From: an uncultured bacterium
GTDB lineage: Bacteria > Patescibacteriota > Minisyncoccia > Phycocordibacterales > PALSA-1337
Assembly (NCBI GenBank): GCA_963701025.1
Contig: OY969557.1
Span: 234,405-298,404, forward strand
DNA: 64,000 nucleotides
Direction of reading: 5' to 3'
The notes under the pieces are model-generated. The model was given only the letters and a program-made list of their open reading frames with translations, was not told the DNA's origin and did no database searches. This document shows positions 17,768-28,048 of this stretch, piece by piece; within the stretch, counting starts at the first letter, position 1; the number at the start of each line of letters is the position of its first letter. The translations under genes were made by a program, and so were the position numbers.

Positions 17768-17890
17768 TAGCGAGAAGCGACATGAATATATCATATTCAT
17801 GGCCTTCGAGCGACGGGCCTCGATGAGCGAAGCGAGTACTGGCCCATGCGCTCCGCCGGCTGGCGGAGGGAGTTGCGCGATCTTTCCTTG

Positions 17891-17961
17891 TCGGGGTGCC
17901 GGGAATCGAACCCGGACCTCACACTCCCGAAGCGTGTATACTACCACTATACTACACCCCG
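17891..17961 (-). tRNA. tRNA-Pro(CGG)
   Basis: CGGGGTGTAGTATAGTGG...CACGC-TT-CGG-GA-GTGTG...GGTTCGATTCC. Confidence 0.93.
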
Positions 17962-17963
17962 TG

Positions 17964-18034
17964 TGGACCTATGGGGAATCGAACCCCAGCCTCGCCCATG
18001 CCATGGGCGCATTCGACCACTGAACTATAGGCCC
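17964..18034 (-). tRNA. tRNA-Ala(GGC)
   Basis: GGGCCTATAGTTCAGTGG...CGCCC-AT-GGC-AT-GGGCG...GGTTCGATTCC; G3:U70 pair. Confidence 0.93.
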
Positions 18035-18058
18035 CTGATGTCTCTCACTAAACTGACG

Positions 18059-19061
18059 CTAGCTAGGATACACGATTTGTATCAAATGTTCAACGAGTTC
18101 ATGCGTGTCACTGCCGACGGAGCGCAGAGATTTGGGCATGAGCGACTCCTGCGTCAGGCCCGGCAACGTATTGGTCTCCAGAATATAGATCCCACGGCTA
18201 GGATTGATGATGAAATCGGAACGGGAATAATGCCGCAAGCCGAGAGCTCGATGGGCTTTCCGGGCAAGGACGGCCAATTCCTCTTTCACTTTCGCGGAAA
18301 ACGTGGCCGGCACGATCTCTTCCGACTTCCCTTCATATTTGGCCTTGATGATCAAAGAATCCCGTATGAGGTCGTATCTCGATGACGGGCAAAACATACA
18401 ATTCCTGCCCGCGGAATCCTTCGATGACGCCGACGGTCGCTTCAGTGCCGGGAATATATTCTTCGATGAGAACGGAATCGCCGTGCGTGGCGGCAGTCAT
18501 AAGGGCCGGAGCGATATCTTTCATCGTCCACACAATGGATATACCGACGGATGAACCCGCTGATGTCGGCTTTATCACGGCCGGCATGGGGAATGTAGTA
18601 AAGAGCTCGCGCGCAAGCATTTCCGCTCCGGACATTTTTCCGCCCGCACTCTCGAGAATGGCGGATGAAGGTATCTCCCGGCTGTGCGGCGTCTTCAATC
18701 CGTGATTCCTGTAAGCATTTTTTGCTAAGAGCTTATTCATCCCCACCGCGGAAGCCAGCGACCCGGAACCAGTGAATGGGATGCCGTGGGCTTCCAATAT
18801 CTGCTGGACCTTGCCGTCCTCACCGTACGATCCATGTAGGGCATTAAAAATGACGTCGAAGCGATGGGCGATATCGTTCGGATCAGCGGGCATGCCGTCT
18901 ATATGCCACTGGCCTTGTTTATCTATGAGAACATCGTGCGCCTGATATCTTCCGGCCAAAGGACCACGCAAAGCCGACAGGACATTGCCGCCGGTCTGGA
19001 GAGAGACCTCATATTCGCTGCTCGGTCCGCCGCGCATGACGCCGACTCGGATGGTAGACAT
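18059..19061 (-). CDS. ddl: D-alanine--D-alanine ligase (one frameshift ~18343)
   Basis: GGPSSEYEVS, LHGSYGEDG, GSSVG; the second frame continues AKYEG...RSDF...LETNTLPGLT..SLMP. Confidence 0.92.
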
Positions 19062-19147
19062 GGGAAGATTGTACCACGATAACAAACACCCGGCCCAACT
19101 GATGTTAGGCCGGGAAAACATTCTTCTGGCTATAATGATATGCTATT

Positions 19148-20443
19148 TTATCGTTTCCGCAATCCCCTTCGATGACGATGGAAGGCGATGACGAATCGGT
19201 GGGCTTCGGCATTCGCGGCGATTATATTTTTCCGATATCTATTGATAAAATCACCCGCGATACGGCTACCGCCGATAAGAGACGACGCTCTGTGCCGCTT
19301 ATCCTTTTTCACCGCCACGACAGGAATGGATATCCTGCGGGCCTTGAGCACTGATTCGGCGGCCCGCAATTGATTCTCATTTCCGTCGACGACGATGATG
19401 TCTGGAAATGGCCATTCAGAATGGTTGAGACGGCGTGACAATATCTCGACCAGACCAGCCATGTCATTGTTGACTTGGCGCGACAATTTAAATTTGCGGT
19501 ATTCCGAAGGCATCCTTTCCCCATTCAATGATACAGCCATTGCACCGACGACATTCGTTCCCGACAAATGGGCGATATCGTATGACTCGATACGAAAATC
19601 CCGCTTCGAAGAAGCACTGCCTGCCTTCCCTTCATTCCCCATTCCCTCATTCTTCATTCCTTCTTCTTTTATAAGCGCGATATCATTCACATGATCTATA
19701 GCATAGAGCAACCTCTTAACGCGGCTGGCTTCCTCGAATTCCAGACCCTTGATCGCGATCTTCATGTCCTTTTCGAGTTTAGTCCGCAAGACGTTCTTCT
19801 TACCTTCAAAAAAGAGAATGAGGTTGTCAATAGTCCTCCGATAGCGCCTGCGCGCTAATGACCTGTCATGCCTGTCTCCAAGCTCCGCGCCGGCAGGTGA
19901 CGTGCCAAGCGCCCGATAAAAAGCTTCATGTCTGGGATCGTAGGCCTTCTTATCTCTGAATGGGAACATCTTGCGCATGATCTTCAGCGCTTCCTTGATA
20001 AGGCCGGAATGCACGTATGGACCGAAGAGCCTGTCAACGGCGTACGGCAACTTCCCTTCTCTGCTCATGGAGTCAAAATCGCGCGCCCGGGTCAGGAAGA
20101 CCCTCGGCCACGCTTCATCGGTGACAACGACGTACTGATCGCTCTTATCGTCTCGTTCATCCACGTTATAGTGCGGCTGGTAGCGCTTTATGAGAGCGCT
20201 TTCCAATATGATGGCCTCAAGGACGGAATCAGTCTTTTGCCACGACAATGATCTCGCTTTAGTGATCATATCGACGACCCGCGGCCCGCGTGTCTCTATC
20301 AGATCGTCCGAGAAGTAACTTCTCACTCGATCTTGGAGTGACGTGGCACGGCCTATGTAGAGCGGCCGCTTGCGGACATCCCTGAAGATGTATACACCTG
20401 GCGTGTCCGGCAGTTCGAGCTTCGCGAATCCTTGACTTGTCAT
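19148..20443 (-). CDS. uvrC: UvrC-like excinuclease subunit (GIY-YIG, UVR and RNase H-like domains; no HhH tail)
   Basis: LPDTPGVYIF..LYIGRATSLQDRVRSYF, LEFEEA, RIESYDIAH, PDIIVVDG, EAHRFVI. Confidence 0.88.
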   Translation of the reverse strand: MTSQGFAKLELPDTPGVYIFRDVRKRPLYIGRATSLQDRVRSYFSDDLIETRGPRVVDMITKARSLSWQKTDSVLEAIILESALIKRYQPHYNVDERDDKSDQYVVVTDEAWPRVFLTRARDFDSMSREGKLPYAVDRLFGPYVHSGLIKEALKIMRKMFPFRDKKAYDPRHEAFYRALGTSPAGAELGDRHDRSLARRRYRRTIDNLILFFEGKKNVLRTKLEKDMKIAIKGLEFEEASRVKRLLYAIDHVNDIALIKEEGMKNEGMGNEGKAGSASSKRDFRIESYDIAHLSGTNVVGAMAVSLNGERMPSEYRKFKLSRQVNNDMAGLVEILSRRLNHSEWPFPDIIVVDGNENQLRAAESVLKARRISIPVVAVKKDKRHRASSLIGGSRIAGDFINRYRKNIIAANAEAHRFVIAFHRHRRGLRKR

Positions 20444-20499
20444 GGAAGTAAGAGTATGGTATGCGACGGCATAACGCAAGATATAAATTGGAGGCACTT

Positions 20500-20823
20500 A
20501 TGAAAAATAGTCCTTACGGAATGATCCCCGAGGAAGAATTGTCCCGCCTGCAGATGCAGGAAAAGCGTGATAATCCCAAGATGATCGTCGCTTTGGGCAA
20601 ATCCATCCTGTTCCTGTCTGTCGCCATAACCATCGTATTGCTCGTGGCTCATTACGATCTCTTCGGCAAGATACCGGTTCGGCTCTTGGTAACGACGTTG
20701 GGAGTGATCGCCTGTTTTGTGGGGTTTGTCGCCCTGATCAGGTACATCATCGGGCATGATGACAAAAGCATCGAAAGCGAAGACGGGATAATTTGGAAAA
20801 ACGAGGAAGAGGATGAGCCATGA
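20500..20823 (+). CDS. Small 2-TM membrane protein
   Basis: GGAGG Shine-Dalgarno before the ATG at 20500; two hydrophobic segments; acidic tail. Confidence 0.55.
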   Translation: MKNSPYGMIPEEELSRLQMQEKRDNPKMIVALGKSILFLSVAITIVLLVAHYDLFGKIPVRLLVTTLGVIACFVGFVALIRYIIGHDDKSIESEDGIIWKNEEEDEP

Positions 20824-20850
20824 CCGGACGACCCCATATCGTCCGGCTTT

Positions 20851-23492
20851 TTATCTTTTGAGGACTTTTTCAAGATACCTCCCGGTATAGCTTTTCTCGC
20901 TTGCGGCGATGTCTTCCGGCGTGCCGCGGGCGACGATCTTGCCGCCGCGCTCGCCGCCTTCGGGACCGATGTCTATGACATAATCGGCGTTCTTGATGAT
21001 GTCCATGTTGTGTTCGATGACCACCACCGTGTTCCCTTTTTCCACCAATTTTTGCAGAATATCTATCAGCTTTTTAACGTCCTCATAATGCAGACCAACG
21101 GTCGGTTCATCCAACAAGTAGATCGTCTTTTGAAGGTGCGCGCGATAGAGTTCTGATGATATCTTGACGCGTTGCGCCTCGCCGCCGGAGAGAGTCGTAG
21201 CCGATTGCCCCAGCTTCACATAGCCCAAGCCGACATCCATGAGCGTCTGCAAACGATCCTCGACGGCCGGTATATCTTTGAAGAATTGGAGCGCCTCCTC
21301 TATGGTCAATTCCAATACTTCATGGACGTTCTTCTTGCGGAATTTTATCTCCAACGTCTCCTTGGTGAAGCGCGTGCCGTTACAGATATCGCAAGTGACG
21401 TACACAGTCGGCAGGAAGTGCATCTCCACCGCGATCTCGCCGTTGCCTTCGCAGGCTTCACAGCGTCCGCCTGGCCGGTTAAATGAGAACCGTCCCGCTC
21501 CCCAGCCCCGGGCTCTGGCTTCCGGCTCCGCGGCGAACAGATCGCGTATATGCGTCCAGGCGCCAGTATATGTCACCGGGTTGGAGCGCGGCGTCCGGCC
21601 GATGGGGCTCTGATCTATGAGGATGACGCGGCCGATATATTCCGAGCCTTTGAATTCGGAGCAGTTGAAGGTCTCGGCGCTCCGGCTCTTCATCTCGAAG
21701 CGAGCGGCGAGATTCTTATGCAGGATCTCGTACATGAAAGACGATTTGCCAGAGCCTGACACTCCTGTGACGACATTCAGGACGCCGAGCGGCACGTCCA
21801 CGTTCATGTCTTTTATGTTGAATATGTTACCGTTGCGCACAATGATCTTGCCTTTCGGTTCTCGGCGGCGTTTCGGCATGTCTATCTTCGATTCGCCGCG
21901 AAGATATGAAAGGGTCAATGATTCTTTGCCGCCGCCTTTGGGGAGAGTCTTGGCGTTGAGCAGATCCTCCAGATAGCCCGAAACGACTACCTTGCCGCCA
22001 TGGACGCCGGCGCCGGGACCTATGTCGACTATGAAATCAGAGGCGAACATGGTGTCTTCGTCATGCTCGACGACGATGATGGTGTTGCCGATATCGCGCA
22101 GGTGCAAGAGGGTGCCGATGAGCTTGTCGTTGTCGCGCTGGTGCAGACCGATGGTCGGCTCATCGAGGACGTAGAGCGCGCCGACCAGGCCAGAGCCGAG
22201 TTGCGAAGCCAGTCTGATGCGTTGCGCCTCGCCGCCGGAGAGCGTATGAGCACGACGGTCGAGCGTCAGATATTCGATGCCGACGTTCACCATGAACGAC
22301 AGCCGAGCTTCTATTTCCTTCAAGACGACTTTAGCGATCTCTTTTTCGACGTCCGTCAATTTGATCTCATTGAAATACTTCGCCGCTTTCTCTATGGAGA
22401 GCCGCACCACGTCCACGATATTCATACCGCCTATCTTTACGTGAAGGGCTTCCGGGCGAAGGCGCTTGCCTTCGCATATCTTGCACGGGTCATCGCTGAA
22501 TATAGTCTCGGTGCCGAGGCCATTGCAGGCCGGGCAGGCGCCATAAGGTGAATTGAAGGAGAAAAGTCTGCGGCTCGACTTCCGGGTATGAAAAACCGTC
22601 GTACGGACACATGAATTTGACGGACATGAGCTTCTCTTCGCCGGGGTACGAGATCTTAATCAGTCCATCCGCCTCGATGATCGCCTTTTCTAGTGCCTCC
22701 GATAATCGTTCCTTCGCGTTATCAGACTGTTTCGCGTCTTTGAACTCGCTCCACGAATATCTCGTCCACCAGGACGTCTATGTCATGCTTCTTATTCTTC
22801 TCTATGATGATCTGGTCCCGCAGGCGATGCGTCTTTCCGTCGATCCTGACCTTGTCATAGCCTTTGCCGAGAAGGTCGTAGAGCATCTGATAATATTCAC
22901 CCTTCCTGCCGACGACTACCGGCGCGTAAACGGTTATCTTCGCTTGGTCGATGTCCACGCCAAAGATCTTCTTGGCACGGACGGACTTTTCCGTGACGGT
23001 CTTCATGACCGTCTGCAGTATCTCTTCTTTGGATATGCGATGTATCAGCCGTCCACAGACGAGGCAATACGGCTTGCCCACGCGAGCATAGAGGATGCGC
23101 AGGTAGTCGTATATCTCGGTGATCGTCGCCACCGTCGAGCGCGGGTTGTTCGAGCGAGATTTCTGGTCTATGGAAATAGCCGGCGACAATCCGATGATCT
23201 CGTCCACGTCCGGTTTGACCAGCTTGTGCAGGAATTGTCTGGCATAAGCCGAAAGCGATTCCACATAGCGTCGCTGGCCCTCGGCGAATATAGTATCGAA
23301 GGCCAAAGACGATTTGCCCGAGCCAGATAAGCCGGTGATGGCTATCATCTTGTTGCGCGGCATCTCCACCGTGATATTTTTCAAGTTGTGCGTCCGCGCG
23401 CCCTTGACGATGATCTTTTCCTCGCCGCGGATCGGCTCGTGGGTATGCGCTGCGGCAGATTTTTTCGGCGCGCTTTTGTGAGCGTCAGGCAT
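20851..23492 (-). CDS. uvrA: Excinuclease ABC subunit A (two apparent +1 frameshifts, ~22751 and ~22571); lacks the insertion domain
   Basis: [36 protein letters not shown] twice, LDEPT twice, GVSGSGKSS. Confidence 0.93.
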
Positions 23493-23590
23493 AGTGCGGC
23501 GGATGATAGCATGAAAATGAGCGGAAAGCAATCGGGGTGGTTGACAATCAGTCAACAAAAGCATAGAAATACGTGTAAAGGAATGAACAT

Positions 23591-24067
23591 ATGAAAAAAC
23601 GAATGACCACAACGGCGGTCTACCTCATTTTGGAACGACCAAATAGACAAATCCTCCTCATGCGGCGACGCAACACGGGCTATCAGGACGGTATGTGGCA
23701 GGTGCCAGCCGGCCATGTTGAAATAGGCGAATTGCCCAGTCAGGCTATGGTTCGAGAAGCGATGGAAGAACTAGACATCATCGTATCGTCATCCGATCTC
23801 GAATTTGCCGGCATGTCAGCCCGACCAATGCATGACAAGACCGGTAATCGGATCGACATATTCTTTCTAGCGAAAAAATGGACAGGGGCTCCATTCATCG
23901 CCGAGCCGAAGAAATGCGATGCTTTGCGATGGGTTTCATTGGGAGACCTGCCGCGGAATACGACTCCGCATGTGCGGGAAGGCATTCTCGGCGCCTATGC
24001 CGGCACGACATTCTCGGAATATGATTTGGCCTGGATCAAGAAGCACAAGGTCTACGGGATCAAGTGA
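23591..24067 (+). CDS. Nudix hydrolase
   Basis: RRNTGYQDG.W..PAGHVEIGELPSQAMVREAMEELD and EPKKCD; palindrome + T-tract terminator at 24087-24110. Confidence 0.9.
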   Translation: MKKRMTTTAVYLILERPNRQILLMRRRNTGYQDGMWQVPAGHVEIGELPSQAMVREAMEELDIIVSSSDLEFAGMSARPMHDKTGNRIDIFFLAKKWTGAPFIAEPKKCDALRWVSLGDLPRNTTPHVREGILGAYAGTTFSEYDLAWIKKHKVYGIK

Positions 24068-24196
24068 TTCAATTTGAATCTCATGGAGCGATCGCGCGAT
24101 CGCTCTTTTTATTTGCTCGACTTCACAGTTGGCCGCCGATATTCTTTTATGTGAAAATCACTTGACTTATAAAAATACATGGTGATAGAATTGTGT

Positions 24197-24293
24197 ATAA
24201 GAAGCTCGCGGAGATTCATCTCCTCATCGGCATCATTGCTGGGGGCGAGCTCTCGAAAGACTCACGGATAATATCTGTGAGTCTTTCACTTTA
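24197..24293 (+). ncRNA. Candidate small structured RNA
   Basis: Promoter TTGACT(24162)-18-TAGAAT(24186); closing stem AGCTCGC/GCGAGCT around two hairpins; then a 15-bp hairpin; no ORF. Confidence 0.4.
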
Positions 24294-24301
24294 TGCGATG
24301 A

Positions 24302-24655
24302 TCACATGATGCTAAGAAAATGCTTCTTACCATTACCCTCTTGACAAATTACGACTTTAATATTTATGTCACCGATATTATGAGAAATGGTCCAAAACCT
24401 GATTTTTTTAGTAGCCACACGACTATTAACTAGACGTGCATGCTTCATAACAATCCTTATATGCTTTAAAAGTCTGAACCTTCTGACTTGGTCACTGATC
24501 GGTCGTATCTTGCGTCCCTTTCTTATCAGGTGTTCGAAGCCCTTTCGCGAAAAATACACCGCTTCATTATCAAGCGCAGGGCATGTCAAGACCCTTATGG
24601 CTTTGTAGGATGTCTTCGCCTCGAAGAATATATTCCTGTATTGATTTTCAAACAT
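24302..24655 (-). CDS. Small basic hypothetical protein (possible RelE/PBECR-like RNase fold)
   Basis: 117 aa, AT-rich, strongly basic; F.RKGFEHL...RRF.LL...FW...IKVVI...GKKHFLSI. The fold is an inference. Confidence 0.55.
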   Translation of the reverse strand: MFENQYRNIFFEAKTSYKAIRVLTCPALDNEAVYFSRKGFEHLIRKGRKIRPISDQVRRFRLLKHIRIVMKHARLVNSRVATKKIRFWTISHNIGDINIKVVICQEGNGKKHFLSIM

Positions 24656-24814
24656 CTCTCCACCATATCAAACCGAGATAAAGAACCGATGAACTTTTGA
24701 TAAAGAAACGATGAAGATCTCCCGACCTCGCTATCCCCAACCTTTCCCCTTTTTGGTATGCAGAAAATTTTCCCACTGCCTACATTCGCATGTTAAAATA
24801 CTCCTATCAAAAAC

Positions 24815-26206
24815 GTGTCTACTCCTTCCCCCTACGTTAAAGCTCGCGACTTGAAGATACCGCCGCACTCGATTGAGGCAGAAAAAGCCCTGCTCGGCTC
24901 GGTCATGATCCGTCCGGAGGTCATGCACGAGATCATAGACCTGGTGAATGAGCGCTCATTCTATTCGAACCAGAACCGCGCAATTTGGTCGGTCCTTTTC
25001 GAATTCCACGGCAAGAATACGCCCATAGACCTGCTCTCGGTCTCATCCCGCCTCAAGGAAAAAGGCGTCCTCGAGGATACCGGCGGCATGGCATATCTCT
25101 CCGAGATCATCAATGCCGTTCCATCCTCCACCAATGCCGCTCACTACGCCGACCTCGTCGAGAACAAGCATATCATGCGCGAACTCTTGAAGGCCGCCGA
25201 GGAGATCCAAGGCCTCGGCTATGACGAAGAAGCGGACATCCACGATATCCTAGAGAAGGCCGAAAAAGCTCTATACACCGTGACAAATAAAACCGGCTCG
25301 AGCAAGTATGTCGCTCTGAAAGACACTCTCGACGAGGCCTGGGAGCGTCTCGACCATCTGCACAAGACCCGTCATGAGCTCCGCGGCGTGCCGACCGGCT
25401 TCGTCGAGCTAGACAACAAGCTCGCCGGCTTTCAGAAGTCCGATCTCATCATCCTGGCCGCCCGCCCGAGCATGGGCAAGACTTCATTGGCCCTCGACAT
25501 AGCCAGAAAGACGGCCATCCAGAACAAGATCCCCGTGGCCATCTTTTCCTTGGAGATGAGCTCTCAACAGCTCGTGGACCGCATGCTCTCGGCCGAATCC
25601 CAAGTGGACGCCTGGAAGATACGCACTGGGCACAACCTTTCCATAGAGAATGACTTCAAATCCATCGGCGACGCCATCGCCCGCTTGTCGGAAGCGCCTA
25701 TATACATAGACGATTCACCCGGCAACAATATCTTGAAGATCCGAGCCGTGGCCAGACGTCTGAAAAGCGAGAAGAAGCTCGGCCTCATCATCGTGGACTA
25801 TCTACAACTCATGGTGCCCACTTCGGCCAACAGATATAACGACAACCTGGTCCAGCAGGTCACCGAGATATCGCGCTCGCTCAAGCACTTGGCTCGCGAG
25901 CTCGAAGTGCCGGTACTAGCATTGTCGCAATTGTCCCGCGCCGTCGAACAGCGCGGTGGCAAGCCTCGCTTGTCGGATCTGCGCGATTCCGGATCCATCG
26001 AGCAGGACGCCGACGTCGTCATGTTCATCCACCGCGAGGCCGACTCCGACCAGGGCGGCCGCAAGGAAGAGACCGAGATATTGATCGAGAAGCACAGGAA
26101 CGGTCCGACCGGCATGACCAAGCTTTATTTCGACAGCAAGAAGACCACTTTCATCTCCATGGACAAGGGCGAGTTCGGGGATTTCGATAAGGAGCAGCAG
26201 GGGTAG
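24815..26206 (+). CDS. dnaB: Replicative DNA helicase DnaB
   Basis: PPHSIEAE, AARPSMGKT, FSLEMS, VDYLQL, LSQLSR, SDLRDSGSIEQDAD, KHRNGPTG. Confidence 0.97.
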   Translation: MSTPSPYVKARDLKIPPHSIEAEKALLGSVMIRPEVMHEIIDLVNERSFYSNQNRAIWSVLFEFHGKNTPIDLLSVSSRLKEKGVLEDTGGMAYLSEIINAVPSSTNAAHYADLVENKHIMRELLKAAEEIQGLGYDEEADIHDILEKAEKALYTVTNKTGSSKYVALKDTLDEAWERLDHLHKTRHELRGVPTGFVELDNKLAGFQKSDLIILAARPSMGKTSLALDIARKTAIQNKIPVAIFSLEMSSQQLVDRMLSAESQVDAWKIRTGHNLSIENDFKSIGDAIARLSEAPIYIDDSPGNNILKIRAVARRLKSEKKLGLIIVDYLQLMVPTSANRYNDNLVQQVTEISRSLKHLARELEVPVLALSQLSRAVEQRGGKPRLSDLRDSGSIEQDADVVMFIHREADSDQGGRKEETEILIEKHRNGPTGMTKLYFDSKKTTFISMDKGEFGDFDKEQQG

Positions 26207-26292
26207 TAAAGGGGACAGGGATAGCGGCACGCGGTTAGGTAACAAGTACAAAATTTCCCCCTAGCTATAGTTAGGGGGAAATAATGGGGTGT

Positions 26293-26925
26293 TCAGATGA
26301 GTGTCTCCAACGCCTCTTTGACTTTCTCAAAAATAACCTTGTGTCCTTGCGTATTTGGATGTAGGCCATCTTTACTTAGAAGATTCTCAAACTGATACTT
26401 CTTTAGTATTGAATTAAGATCTATCAACACCGCACCGCATTCTGCAGAAACAGCCTTCAGAATAAGATTATATTTATCGACGTATTCATTTAGCCTAGAT
26501 CTGTACTCCATATTCTTGGTGAGTGAATCAACTACTGGAGTAATATTTAGGAAAACTATCTTTGAAGAGAACTTCTTGGCTTGAGTAGCCGCCTCTTCAA
26601 GATTTGATTGGAATTTTTCTAGGGTCACATTAAATCTATCTTCCTTGGGTAGATAAGCTGAATCGTTTGCACCATAGGCAAATAAAATAATGTTCTTTTC
26701 AGTTGAATCTATGCGAGCGCATACTTCAGAGACAAACCTTTCCAATAATTCGTCCGTGACCTCTCCTGATATACCAAGGTTATAACAATAATATTTAGCA
26801 CCCGTGCCTTCCCCGGTTTTCTTGTCGAAATAAATCCGAAGCTGCGTAGCCCAACCGCCGTACTCTGTGTCTCGAGCACCATAAGTAATACTGTCACCAA
26901 AGAGGAAAATGTTCGTTATCTTCAT
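26293..26925 (-). CDS. SGNH/GDSL-family hydrolase
   Basis: FGDSITYG, NLGISG, GAND and DGLHPN motifs; AT-rich. Confidence 0.9.
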   Translation of the reverse strand: MKITNIFLFGDSITYGARDTEYGGWATQLRIYFDKKTGEGTGAKYYCYNLGISGEVTDELLERFVSEVCARIDSTEKNIILFAYGANDSAYLPKEDRFNVTLEKFQSNLEEAATQAKKFSSKIVFLNITPVVDSLTKNMEYRSRLNEYVDKYNLILKAVSAECGAVLIDLNSILKKYQFENLLSKDGLHPNTQGHKVIFEKVKEALETLI

Positions 26926-26968
26926 AATAGAAAATTGTAGCATAATACTCTATACTTAGCTTACCCCC

Positions 26969-27637
26969 ATGGACAGCCTCCGCCGACTTGAAGAGATCTT
27001 CGCTCATTTCCCAGGCATCGGGCCGCGGCAGGCCCGTAGGTTCGCCTATTATCTCCTCGGCAAGCCTCCGGCTTTCATCAAAGAATTCACGAGTCTCATC
27101 GAAGAAGTGAAAAAAACGAGCTCCGAATGCCCGCAATGCCATCGTCTATTCATTCATGGTAATGAAAAATCCGCCAAAGGCGGTAGCGCCGGTAAAAGCG
27201 CGCCGGCCGGAGCATGTTCGATTTGCTCTGACAAATCCCGCGACGCTTCGACTCTCATGGTCGTCGCACGAGATTCCGACTTCGAATCGATCGAGAAGAG
27301 CGGTGCGTATAAAGGCCTGTACTTCATTCTCGGCGGCACCGTACCTATCCTCGATAAAGAGCCCGATAAGAGGATCCGGTTGAAGCAACTGCTCGAAAGA
27401 ACGCAAAAATCCATGCCGAAAGAAGTGATCCTTTCTTTGAATACCACGCCTGACGGCGAACATACCGCGGATATTGTGAGAGACGCGCTCGCCACATTAG
27501 CTGGCGGTGGAACATTGAAAAACCCTCCACTTCAGTCAACTAAAGTGACGATACTTGGAAGAGGCCTCTCCACCGGCGCCGAGCTCGAATACGCGGACGG
27601 CGAGACAATCAAGAATGCCTTGAAAAATAGGAACTAA
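26969..27637 (+). CDS. recR: Recombination mediator RecR
   Basis: FPGIGPRQA.R, CxxC...CxxC zinc finger, TOPRIM EVIL.LNTTPDGE, ELEYAD. Confidence 0.93.
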   Translation: MDSLRRLEEIFAHFPGIGPRQARRFAYYLLGKPPAFIKEFTSLIEEVKKTSSECPQCHRLFIHGNEKSAKGGSAGKSAPAGACSICSDKSRDASTLMVVARDSDFESIEKSGAYKGLYFILGGTVPILDKEPDKRIRLKQLLERTQKSMPKEVILSLNTTPDGEHTADIVRDALATLAGGGTLKNPPLQSTKVTILGRGLSTGAELEYADGETIKNALKNRN

Positions 27638-27966
27638 GAAAGCGAATCTATCTTCACCTTGAAGAAAGGCTGGCGATGCCCGTTCCTCTTCCAGCCTGAA
27701 CGGCTTTTCTGCTTGTATTTGACAACGAGAACTTTCGCGGAGCGTCCAATGGCGGTGATGGTGCCCTTGACCGCGGCTTTAGAGATGAAAGGAGTGCCGA
27801 TCGTCGTGTCTTTGCCGTCGTCCGTAAGCAAGACCTTGTCGAAGACGACGGGATCGCCTTCTTTATATTCTTTGCCTTTGGCAGCCGAAAGCTTCTCAAT
27901 AGAAATAACGTCTCCCTTTGAAACAGTGTACTGCTTGCCGCCGGTTTGGATGACTGCGAATTCCAT
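27634..27966 (-). CDS. rplU: 50S ribosomal protein L21
   Basis: AVIQTGGKQY.V and GHRQPF. Confidence 0.95.
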   Translation of the reverse strand: MEFAVIQTGGKQYTVSKGDVISIEKLSAAKGKEYKEGDPVVFDKVLLTDDGKDTTIGTPFISKAAVKGTITAIGRSAKVLVVKYKQKSRSGWKRNGHRQPFFKVKIDSLS

Positions 27967-28048
27967 AGTCGAAATACTATACAGGAATGACCTGGGAAAC
28001 GCAAACAGACCTTAGGTCAATTAGGTAATTAGATTAATTAGAAATTCA

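Noticed and set aside
16559-18385. ORF-track entries overlapping the tRNA cluster (16559-16888, 17669-17947, 17799-18023, 17846-18385)
   Set aside because: They are translations of tRNA genes and spacers.
18333-18397. Programmed frameshifting in ddl, uvrA or rsmH
   Set aside because: No slippery heptamer or stimulatory structure at the sites; the number of indels fits sequencing error better.
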